A stretch of 63,790 bases of DNA, the filler included, from Octopus bimaculoides (lineage: Eukaryota), in assembly GCF_001194135.2 (NCBI RefSeq). It is 5 parts of 5 records of this genome, joined end to end, with 100 filler letters (N's around TTAATTAATTAA, not from the genome) between each part and the next. Parts side by side here need not be neighbours in the genome. Positions count along the whole stretch, not along the records: positions 45,068 to 59,298 come from NC_068985.1; positions 59,399 to 63,790 come from NC_068987.1; 3 more parts are not named here. One strand, 5' to 3'. A program made the position numbers and the translations under genes. Shown here in pieces: positions 51,386 through 62,183 of the stretch (its first letter is position 1; every line of letters starts with the position of its first letter). Under the pieces are notes generated by a model that had not been told where the DNA came from, did not search any database, and was given only the letters and a program-made list of their open reading frames with translations.

Positions 51386-51618
51386 TGAGTGAGAGAGCAG
51401 TGCATGCCATCAAAGTGACACTGGGGTAAAATATACGAAGCCCATTATACCCATCATGACTACCCGTCTGATAAGGGTACACCAGGCACATGCATCACAA
51501 CTATATGTGCGCGACATGGTGATCTCATATCAAGATAAACAGCGCATGACCTCGCAGGTGGGGCCCAGTTAGAATTTTCTTCAGGTCGAGTAGCCCATCC
51601 CGCTCAAAAGGTCCCTGA
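51386..51618. mobile_element. Truncated copy of the 9166-9722 element
   Basis: High identity to 9166-9400. Confidence 0.8.
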
Positions 51619-51822
51619 TTATTATTATTGTTGTTGTTGTTGTTGTTGTTGTTGTACCGATAATAGAAAGGAATATTATTATTGCTATTTGGTTGTTGTT
51701 GCCGTACTATCGTTGGAAAATTTTGTTTGCGATACTCAAATGTTGAAGAAACCATGTTGCAAAGGAGATCAATAAGGAAAAGAAACGTCTGACAAGAGAA
51801 CACATGGTGTAAGCCTACTTAC

Positions 51823-51889
51823 CGTATAATTCCCCATCTGTGTGAGGAAAACGTACATAACAGACATTTTCGGTTGTTTTTGTGAAACC
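51823..51889 (-). CDS. Candidate 67-bp exon, frame undetermined
   Basis: ctcttatatttcAG|GGTTTC...TATACG|GTAAGT; all three frames are open. Confidence 0.45.
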
Positions 51890-52524
51890 CTGAAATATAA
51901 GAGGAAAGCAGTACTGAGACAGATTTTCTTAAACTTTATTTAAGGTGAACATATTTAATGCTGGGAATATTAAAGAGCTAACTAGAAATAATAATGCAGT
52001 GAGAACAAAGACAATTTTTAGATACTATTAAAAATTTTTTTTTTTTTTGCCTAAAGCGAGAAACAACTCCAGCTATGTTTCAATCTTAATATGACACTGC
52101 TATCGGAGCATAGACTGCATCATACTTGCTAAAATAGTAATCAAAAGTATCACTGAGTAAAATGCACAGGAATGTACAGCAAGTAAACGTACTAGAAGGC
52201 ACACTGGTTGGTGTATTGTTTCACAATATTAATCAGCGACAAAATGTCACCACTGGCCAAGCAAAATGTGTATCAGCTGTCGAACTGCAATAAACAGTCT
52301 TCAGTGGTTCAATCTAGTAGCGTGTGCACTGTATAATTAGCGAATTCATGTTGAGATCTTATGAGTTTCGAGATGACTACAAGAAATTATAGAGATTTAC
52401 GCTTTTGACACAACGATAAAATAGTTTACAGAACTGAGCAATAATTAAGAAATATTCAGAACAATATAGTCGAAACAAAATTCGTCTGAATAACCAGTAA
52501 GTAGAACGATACATGTTGTAGTAA

Positions 52525-52985
52525 CGCCTGCGCATGCGTAATCTTACGCATGCGTAGAATTAAACAAGCAAGCGTTTCCCGCTCAATTCATTCTCTTTCT
52601 CGCTGGCCAGCGATTGAGCATGGACGTGTGTTTAAAGCTGTCTCTACATCTTTCGGTCTTATACTCGACAGCTCGTTATTCTCACCTCTAAAGATGTATA
52701 ACTAAAGATATGTATGTTTTACCAAGTAAATAAATGTTGTTTAAGTTGTTTAGTCTGGAGTTCAGCGTTCCGTCTATTTCTTTAATTTTATAGTAGAAAG
52801 TCAGGCATACAATCTAAAGATGTATAACCCACTTTCTACTAAAATGTAAAACAATAGCTATGAAGAAACCACCAGAACAGCAATCGCAATATGATAACGA
52901 TTTGTAGAAAGACGCAAGCGCAAAGAGACTGCAGTGCCGCAGCAAGTGTGTGGTATGCAGACTGCATAGGGCGGCCATTTCATTT
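52525..52985. promoter_or_regulatory. Candidate promoter region (NRF1-like and YY1-like motifs, locally CpG-richer)
   Basis: TGCGCATGCGTA and TACGCATGCGTA at about 52529-52556; GCGGCCATTT at about 52971; minus-strand donor GAG|GTGAGA at 52686. Confidence 0.35.
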
Positions 52986-54589
52986 ACGTGTATTTGCTAG
53001 AGTCGAAAGAATGTTATGTTTAAAGCAGTTGGTGGCCAGAATCCACGCTACGCTACTGGCAGACTGAGTTCATAATGACAATGGTCTGTATCCTTTCAGC
53101 CGAGCTGTGCTATCCATTTAGTAATTATATTACTTAACCACTTTCTACACCACTTTAGGCACTGAGGAACACAGGATAGCTGACAAGTACTCTGTTAGCT
53201 TTGAATGCTAGATTCATTTCCAGTTGTAGGCTATTGGAGGAATAAACCACACCGCTAGTGTATTTATCCAAGGCATGCCAAAGGACACTGCAAATGTAAT
53301 TCCTCCGGGATTATGGGAACTATAATTGAATACACTGAAGAAAGAGTAAAGTGGAAAATGTTTGTTCGTCGTACAATATGAGGTACGCAATGCAATCATA
53401 GCATGCGTTAGGAATATATGTAAATGAAACGTTGCGTATACTGCTATATACAGAGCAAGTGTTGCCCGTCAAACCAAAAAGATCCTTGCATTGTTACACC
53501 AAAATTGAAAGCGATCTGAGCAAAATTGAAGGGGAGCTCATTTTGCGAATGAGAAAGACTAGATCCGAAGAATATTCTCCGGAAATTTTCTTTCAAGTAA
53601 ATAAATGTTTATGTTAATTTAAGAATTTGCCAGCAAAATCTTATAAAATGACAATGTTCAAAAACATGGATATGTTTAGCGAGTTGCATATGAAAAATCT
53701 ATAAAACTCAATCCATATATACGATGTTATATATTATTTGTAAAGCTTCAAAAGTATTTTGTTATTAAACATGTTAATTAAATGTATGAAAAGTTCAGAA
53801 TATTATTTTAATCATTTCAACAGATATATTGCTATTGAAATACAGTTTTAAATATACTCTTAAATACATGTAGTACATCAAATATTTGATTATGATAGAA
53901 CCTTAAATATAAGAATATTCCCTTTGCTTAAAGCATAATATTTTTAGCTTGAAAGAAACTGGTTGAATTCTATGAAACTAGTTAAAATGAATTTTTATTA
54001 TATTTTATTTCACTTTTCTGTAGGTTATCTTTTTATTTTATTTATATATTCATTTATTTATGTTTCTGTCAAATATGTAAAAACCTTGAAAAATTTGTTG
54101 GGTGTAGGAGTGGCTGTGTGGTAAGTAGCTTGCTTACCGACTACATGGTTCCGGGTTCATTCCCACTGCGTGGCACCTTAGGCAATTGTCTTCTTGAATG
54201 TGATAAAGTGTAGAATTAGATTATTATTCTTCCTCCAGCTACAGTGTTGCTGCCAGAATTTGAAGAATGGAGCAGATTCCCCCCTTATTTTGTGATTTAT
54301 GGGGGATTTTTGAAAAACAAGGGGTAATTCGTGGCGGTGTAGAGTGAACAAATTAAACACACTACCCGGCAGTGGCCACAACGCGAACCGTTCAAGTTTA
54401 TGTATAAATTTTCTTTTTATATGTTTGTTTCCTTTTACACAATATTAAAACAATTTTATCTACGAGCCGCCACTGGAATATATATATATATATACATACA
54501 TATATATATGTATGTATGTATGCATGCACGCATGCATGTATGCATGCACGCATGCATGTATGCATGTATGTATGTATGTATGTATGTCT

Positions 54590-54960
54590 TTTATAGTTTC
54601 CTTGTTTCAGTCATTAGATTGCGGCCATGCTGGGGTACTGCTTTGAAGAATTTTAATCGAATGAATCGACCCTTAGTACTCTTTTTAATCTGGCACCTAT
54701 TCTATCGTTCTCTTTTGCCGAACCGCCAGGCCACGGGACGTAAATACACCAACACTTGTTTCCAAGTAGTGGTGGAGGACAAACAAAAACACAGACCCCC
54801 CCCCCCCCTCACATATATATATGATGGGATTCTTTCAGTTTCCGCCTACCAGATCCACTTACAAGACTTGGTCGATCTAAGGCTATAGAAGATAGAAGAA
54901 ACTCGCCCAAGGTGCCACGTAGTGAGCAGAACCAGACTCAATAAAAGGAGCCCGAGTTAT
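54590..54960 (-). mobile_element. SINE family B
   Basis: TTTCAGTCATTAGATTGCGGCCATGCTGG...CCAAGGTGCCACGTAGTG. Confidence 0.8.
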
Positions 54961-55852
54961 TGGCTGAAATTACATNNNNNNNNNNNNNNNNNNNNNNNNN
55001 NNNNNNNNNNNNNNNNNNNNNNNNNNNNNNNNNNNNNNNNNNNNNNNNNNNNNNNNNNNNNNNNNNNNNNNNNNNNNNNNNNNNNNNNNNNNNNNNNNNN
55101 NNNNNNNNNNNNNNNNNNNNNNNNNNNNNNNNNNNNNNNNNNNNNNNNNNNNNNNNNNNNNNNNNNNNNNNNNNNNNNNNNNNNNNNNNNNNNNNNNNNN
55201 NNNNNNNNNNNNNNNNNNNNNNNNNNNNNNNNNNNNNNNNNNNNNNNNNNNNNNNNNNNNNNNNNNNNNNNNNNNNNNNNNNNNNNNNNNNNNNNNNNNN
55301 NNNNNNNNNNNNNNNNNNNNNNNNNNNNNNNNNNNNNNNNNNNNNNNNNNNNNNNNNNNNNNNNNNNNNNNNNNNNNNNNNNNNNNNNNNNNNNNNNNNN
55401 NNNNNNNNNNNNNNNNNNNNNNNNNNNNNNNNNNNNNNNNNNNNNNNNNNNNNNNNNNNNNNNNNNNNNNNNNNNNNNNNNNNNNNNNNNNNNNNNNNNN
55501 NNNNNNNNNNNNNNNNNNNNNNNNNNNNNNNNNNNNNNNNNNNNNNNNNNNNNNNNNNNNNNNNNNNNNNNNNNNNNNNNNNNNNNNNNNNNNNNNNNNN
55601 NNNNNNNNNNNNNNNNNNNNNNNNNNNNNNNNNNNNNNNNNNNNNNNNNNNNNNNNNNNNNNNNNNNNNNNNNNNNNNNNNNNNNNNNNNNNNNNNNNNN
55701 NNNNNNNNNNNNNNNNNNNNNNNNNNNNNNNNNNNNNNNNNNNNNNNNNNNNNNNNNNNNNNNNNNNNNNNNNNNNNNNNNNNNNNNNNNNNNNNNNNNN
55801 NNNNNNNNNNNNNNNNNNNNNNNNNNNNNNNNNNNNNNNNNNNNNNNNNNNN

Positions 55853-55880
<28 letters not shown>

Positions 55881-55884
<4 letters not shown>

Positions 55885-56640
55885 GGCATCTAACTTAATC
55901 CTGCCTGAGATTTGAAACCAAATCCACCTGCTAGTTGCTTGTCAAAACGAGAGGGAAATCCTCTCCACACCAGATCATTGATGAGGAAACACTCGACCCC
56001 CTAGGACCTGTGCTGGTCAAGGAAAGGTCAGTCCTTTGTTTAAAGTTTGACCTACATTACTGACATAGTCTATATAACAAAGAGAATTTCCTATCTTTTT
56101 CTCTTATGTGTCAGCTGTGACCAAGGAGCAACACCCTCTCTTTTGTGTCAGTCACATTAAGGAGCAACACGCTCTTTTGCGTTAGCAATGACCAAGAGCA
56201 GCACTTCCCTCAGTCGCAAGAACGACGATGCCACCTCTATCCTTTCGTCCTTTCTAGTCAGCACCTTGCATTCCTTACTCTTTCACTTTCTAGTGACAGA
56301 CAACTTTTTTCTATACTATCAACTACTAACCAGCGAGCCATCCTTGCTGTCACTATCACTAGAATTGCTACTGTCTCTTTAACTACCTGTCGGTCAAACG
56401 AATAAGCATATGTAAATAATATTTCTTCCTTCTTTGTGTTGATTTTTCGATGTTCACTGGTTACTCCGATAGGAGAACCTTGGAACGTTACATCTATACG
56501 CTACATTCAATAGTGGGCAACATCATATCGAATTGATATGGCACATTACAAACAGCCCACCACAATTGGTGACCCCGACGTGATAGATCTACAACTTTCA
56601 TCTAACAGCCGTTGCCGCGTAAGCTTTCTGATGTTCTAGT
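55881..56640 (+). mobile_element. LTR retrotransposon 5' LTR (55881-56564) with tRNA-Trp PBS (56567-56584) and a gag-start remnant
   Basis: TGTAG...CCACA termini, then AT, then TGGTGACCCCGACGTGAT, the 18-nt complement of the metazoan tRNA-Trp 3' end; next a degenerate AV.VKL....W as in Ty3/gypsy gag. Confidence 0.8.
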
Positions 56641-56996
56641 ACACGACTGTCTCTTCTTCATCAACTTAATTGCATTTGGAAAATGAAGACAATTTTTTGT
56701 TCTGCGGTTAAATATTCCATTTCATCGTTACATTCTGGTGAGCCGAGCTCAAGAATTACAGCTTTTACATCATGCTCATCAAATCGAAGACAAAAATAAC
56801 AACTTTCACTACACACAGTTTTCGTTTCGACTGTCACATAACACGAAAGAAAAGAACTCGCCGACACAATGGACACCCACAATTCACTTTTGACCTGCCA
56901 GAGAATGTACTGCAGCCCAATGCACAGTTCCGTCTACCAAATCCACTCAAGGGTTTGGTTGGGAAACAAGCTACTTACCATATAGCTATACATTAT

Positions 56997-57071
56997 ACAT
57001 ACATACATACATACATACATACATACATACATACATACATACATACATACATACGTACGTACATACATACA

Positions 57072-57103
<32 letters not shown>

Positions 57104-57150
57104 CATACATACATACATATATACATACATACATACATACATACGTATAT
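56997..57150. repeat. (ACAT)n microsatellite
   Basis: Direct reading. Confidence 0.95.
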
Positions 57151-58139
57151 ATNNNNNNNNNNNNNNNNNNNNNNNNNNNNNNNNNNNNNNNNNNNNNNNN
57201 NNNNNNNNNNNNNNNNNNNNNNNNNNNNNNNNNNNNNNNNNNNNNNNNNNNNNNNNNNNNNNNNNNNNNNNNNNNNNNNNNNNNNNNNNNNNNNNNNNNN
57301 NNNNNNNNNNNNNNNNNNNNNNNNNNNNNNNNNNNNNNNNNNNNNNNNNNNNNNNNATGAAATAGAGTTTGAAAATGCAGAGGTTCTTAAAGATGTTTAT
57401 TGACTTGACCGGTTTCACTTTTTAAAAAAAAAGGTTATGAAAAGTAAAATGTAAAGCTTTGTATAAGCTTTGTTGTGTTAAAAAATGGTTATCATAATTG
57501 TATTAAAATACAGTTATACAGCCTTTGATGATGATGAGAAGATGTTAAAAAATAGAGTCTTTGACAATGATAAGAAAATGTTAAGAGGGGCTTTTAAAAA
57601 CTACGAATTTCAATATGCTGACGTGATGTTCCATACAGGAATTGCAATATGTTGACCTGATCTTCTATACATGCATCCGTTGATTAAGTGGGGGGGGGGC
57701 ACATAGGGCAGACACAGAAGGACCATAATTCTTCATCAGTTATCGACACTGAATCTCATTATTCAAAGTTTTACAGAAGCAAGGAAAATAGTACTGAGCT
57801 TGATTCCGTTTAACAACGTCCTTATAGCATATAGCTAAGGCTGGTTGTTATAAGATGGTGATTAATATTCATTGACTGGTTAAAATTAAAAGGTGGAAAC
57901 GGTAACTGTCGGCTAGTGCTGGCTAATGGATGGGTCAGTGTTTATTTATAGCTCAATGCTACTGAATAAAATTGATGGGATTTAGTGTCTGGTGAATGAT
58001 GCTATGGGAGGGAACTTTAAGATGGTGTGCAAAAGTACTCTCCCTTGTTTTGGTTATATATTCCAATAGTAAGAATACAGTTTAGCAATGAGAAAGGTAA
58101 TGTTTATGATGGTATGTGTAAAGGGTTTGAAAGGTGATT

Positions 58140-58804
58140 ATAGCTACTTCTCAACTGGGAAAAGTCATCCTGTCTCCACTCCACGTCAAACTTGGCATTG
58201 TGAAGCAGTTTGTTAAAATTATGGATAAAGATAGATCATGCTTTCACTATGCTGGAGAACTTTCAAAAGTTGAGAACAAATATGAACATAAAGCTGCACA
58301 ATCTCTACAGTCACCTTGATAAATTCTCTGAAAATTTTGATGACACAAGTGACAAGCAGAGAGAACATTTCCATCAGGGCATAGAATCTATGGAACGAAG
58401 GTATCGAGGCAGATGGGACTTGCTTATGATGCGATCTATTGCTGAAACTTGGTTCGTTATCTTCAGCTGTCACGAAAATCATCAAAACGCAAATTAATGA
58501 GAAATTAGACATAAACGACGATGTAATTTCTTTGTAGAAGTGTTAAGATTTTTACTAGTTTTTCAGTAGAATTTTAAGAAAACATTCTGGTTTTGAAGAA
58601 AAACCAATTTCTATGCATGTTTGTATGTTATGCCTTGTTCCTCATAAGTTGTTTTATTAAAAGAAACAATGACATTCTATGGTTCCAGTAACTTCAAATC
58701 TTGACGTGATGGCAATGAATGGATGTCATTTTCGGATTCTGTGTCAAAATACCCCTTGTCGAGATCCAAATTTTTTGACAACAGAGAATTTTTATTTACC
58801 TGTG
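58140..58804 (+). mobile_element. DNA transposon remnant, probably CMC/Chapaev3-like, internally deleted
   Basis: VILSPLHVKLGIVKQFVK and MNIKLHNLYSHLDKFSENF..TSDKQREHFHQGIESMERRYRGRW; probable terminus ...CCTGTG. Family assignment is from memory of motifs. Confidence 0.6.
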
Positions 58805-59213
58805 TATTCACTATTTCAACTATTTTCTATATTTGGGGTCAGTTTTTTTTTTATGACACATAAAAAGAATACACACACATACAATGTATGTATGTATGTA
58901 GGTAAGTAGGTAATAATAATAATAATAATAAATTTAGTCAGAAGAAAATATTAGCAAAGAAATATAAACTTTCCAAGGAAATAAAATACAATTAAATGAA
59001 AATAAAATAGAGGCACAAACATTCTCGAGCGCTAGACAAAATTTTCTTGAATATAATAATCTAGATATTTCACTTTGTTTTACTTTATTTCATTTTATTT
59101 CGTTAAAAAATATGAAAACTGTCTGTGGACTAATCTTATCATTATTACCAATATATTATTCTGTACACTACCAAAATTGTTTATTCCTATACATATATAG
59201 ATAAATAAATACA

Positions 59214-59244
<31 letters not shown>

Positions 59245-59298
59245 GCATATATGTGTGTATTATGTATGTATGTATATGTATATATATATATATATATA

Positions 59299-59398
59299 NN
59301 NNNNNNNNNNNNNNNNNNNNNNNNNNNNNNNNNNNNNNNNNNTTAATTAATTAANNNNNNNNNNNNNNNNNNNNNNNNNNNNNNNNNNNNNNNNNNNN
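59299..59398. other. Artificial scaffold join (N44-TTAATTAATTAA-N44)
   Basis: Same 100-bp spacer. Confidence 0.95.
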
Positions 59399-59608
59399 AT
59401 ATATACACACACACATACATTACCATTGATTCATATGGTATATACATATATGCTTATGTATGTATATATCTATTTATGTATATATATATATGTATTTATG
59501 TGTATGTATATATTTATATATGTGTGTGTGTATGTGTGTATCTATATGTATGTATGTGTGTATCTATATGCATGTATGTGTGTGTATATGTATGTGTGTA
59601 TTTATGTA

Positions 59609-59729
59609 CAGGGATTGGACAAAATAATGAAAACACCTAGCATCAAAGCATCATAATTTTGAAATATCTATAAAACCGTCAAAAGCTTGTTTATTTATTT
59701 ATTTATTATTTATTATTAGTGTTGCTTAT
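59609..59729 (+). mobile_element. Left-end fragment of the same Tc1 family as 62184-63435
   Basis: TA|CAGGGATTGGACAAAATAATGAAAACACCTAGCATCAAAGCATCATAATTTTGAAAT aligns with 62184 onward. Confidence 0.85.
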
Positions 59730-59749
59730 GGGTATTCTAGTGAACTGAA

Positions 59750-59906
59750 AAAATCCTAGATTCACGCACTTATTGCAGTGATCCTTCATTTTTTCTAAGC
59801 CCTGTAATGAGTTGGACCTGGTTGGAGGTCCAACTCATTAAGGTTGGACCTCCAGCCAGGTTTTTCGCAATACTCTTAAAGCCAGAAACTTTTCAGCACC
59901 TCTTTG
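59750..59906. mobile_element. Mariner terminal fragment
   Basis: Minus strand reads LQGLEKMKDHCNKCVNL (mariner C-terminus); TIR-like ACTTTTCAGCACCTCTTTG|TA. Confidence 0.6.
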
Positions 59907-60794
59907 TATAACTTTACATACATTATATTTGTTATTATTATATATGTTCCATACTCAACTGAGCACTCAATCCACTCTGTAGAGTAGTTTGCATTAGGAA
60001 GAGTATCCAGCCATAAAAGCCATGCCAAAACAGACAGTGGAACCTGGTGCAGTCTTCTGGCTTGCCAGCTCCTATCAAACCATCCAGCCCATACCAGTAT
60101 GGAAAATGGAGACTAAATGATGATGATGATGCTCCATCTTACAAGACTACTGACCTCATTCTGTTACTTGTCTCATACAAAAATAAATTACTTCTTATGC
60201 ATACAAATTTCCCAATATTCGTGTTAACCATCTGTAATTGTATAATGACTTTTTCAAAGCTATTTCAGACTAATATAGATTTGGTGATAAAATCACTACT
60301 AGTATATCTTTCATGTATTAGATTTTTATTGAATGGAAAGTAAAGTGAACTGGCTCAAATGATTCTCTCACAGCCATTTAACTTAAACAGTGTAGGATAT
60401 AAAATCTTTCTCAACAAATGCCTTACATTTTGTTTCAAGGATTCTTTTTCTAAGCACCAAAATTTGGAGGGTGGGGACTTGTTATCACCAATGTTTTAAG
60501 ATAACATACCCCTACTCTCCCACCTACTAAAAGATTTTGATCCAGTAGGTGAGGCTCTATGAAATTCTTTTATTCATGCTAGAAAAAGTAGCCACAACTC
60601 AAACCACACTCTATTTTCTTACAAAAGGACTTATTGGATAATAATAAAAAAGAAATCTAAGAATATAGGATTGTGACACTGAAACATTTTTTATCAAAGT
60701 AAACTGGATCAAGACTGACCTGGGGTTAAACTATAATGTACTGTAAAACATATCAGGTAGACAGGGGAAACTTAAAGCAATATAACTTAATATA

Positions 60795-61390
60795 GGCGTA
60801 GGTGTGACTGTGTAGTAAGAAGCTTGCTTCCCAACAACATGATTCCGAGTTCAGTCCAATTGCATAGCACTTTGGGCAAGTGTCTTCTACCACAACCTCA
60901 GTTTGACAAAAGTCTTGTGAGTGGATTTGGTAGAAACTGAAAAAGACCGTCATTTATATATGTATGTGTGTATATATCTATGTGTGTGTGTCTTTCTGTC
61001 TGTATTTGTCCTCCACCACCACTTGACAACTGGTGTTGGTGTATTTACATCCCTGTAACTTAGCTGTTTGGCAAAAGAGCCCGATAGAATAAATACTAGG
61101 CTTTAAAAAGAAAAAAACAAAGTCCTGGGGTCAGATTTTGAGTCCAGTCCCACTTCACAACACCACAAAAACCTTGAGTAAGTGTCTTTTGGCTATAGCC
61201 CTGGGCTGACCAAGGTCTTGTAAGTAAATTTGTTTAATAAAAAGTGTGTGGGAACCCATCATGTGTGTGTGTCTGTGTCTGTCTGTCTGTCTCTTTGCTT
61301 TGTATCATTTGGCAACCAGTGTTGGTTTGTTTATGTTCCTGTAACATAGCAGCTCAGCAAAGTGACAATAGAATAATTACCTGACTTCAA
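60795..61390 (+). mobile_element. Two tandem SINE family B copies
   Basis: GGCGTAGGTGTGACTGTGTAGTAAG...GAGTTCAGTCC head; second head at about 61135. Confidence 0.75.
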
Positions 61391-62183
61391 AGATAAAGTT
61401 CTGGCATTTTATTTTACTTACCTTGGAATATTGAAAGACAAAAGACCTGAGTGAGATTTGAAATCGGCACTCAAAGAGACAAAACTGGTACTGCTAGTTA
61501 TTTCATTTGACACTCTACCGATTATGCCACTCCCTAAGAAAAGAAGTCACAGAAATGTTCTACAAGAAAACAGGGGATTTGTGTTTTGTTTTGCTTTGTA
61601 TATGTTTGTGTGTTCAAAATGTAAAAGATATTTCCTGAATGTCCTAGCTTATTTACATTTCAAAAAGTATAGTTTGCTGCATTCTTTTTTTGGTGACAAA
61701 GAAATTTTGACTTTGGGTTTCTCACTGAGAGGGTATTTGATTAGTAAACCAAGAAAAGTCTGTTCAGAAGGATTTTATGGTGGGGTTTTTATTTTCTTAC
61801 CCCTCCCCCCTCTTTTTCAACTATTTGCTTCTTGCACGTGNNNNNNNNNNGTGGGGGTTTTATTTTCTTACCCCTCCCCCCTCTTTTTCAACTATTTGCT
61901 TCTTGCACGTGGACACTACACGTGGCCATCATGATAACTCATCATCAGCAATATCATCATCATCATCATCATAAATTAGTTAATATTTTGTTTTTAATAT
62001 AGTGGAAGAAACAGTAGAACAATGGCTTAAATGCTTCACAGTTTTTATTTACATTACATACCTTTGTGTTCTGAAATCAATCAAATCCTGCCAAGTTCTG
62101 TTTCACCTTTCATTTATTTGGAGAAAGAATTACATAACTGTATCCTCTAAAAGTTTTGGGTGTGTTCTAATGTCGGATATATA

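Noticed and set aside
53214-53399. ORF with FAVSFGMPWINTLAVWFIPP resembling GPCR TM4
   Set aside because: Ends in a stop with no good donor, and all frames of the plausible exon contain stops.
56661-56882. Minus-strand ORF with a strong acceptor (...FDEHDVKAVILELGSPEC...)
   Set aside because: No donor, truncated against the LTR element, and could be a mariner 5' remnant; unassignable.
61777-61920. About 60-bp direct repeat
   Set aside because: Near-identical copies straddle a 10-N gap; most likely unmerged contig overlap.
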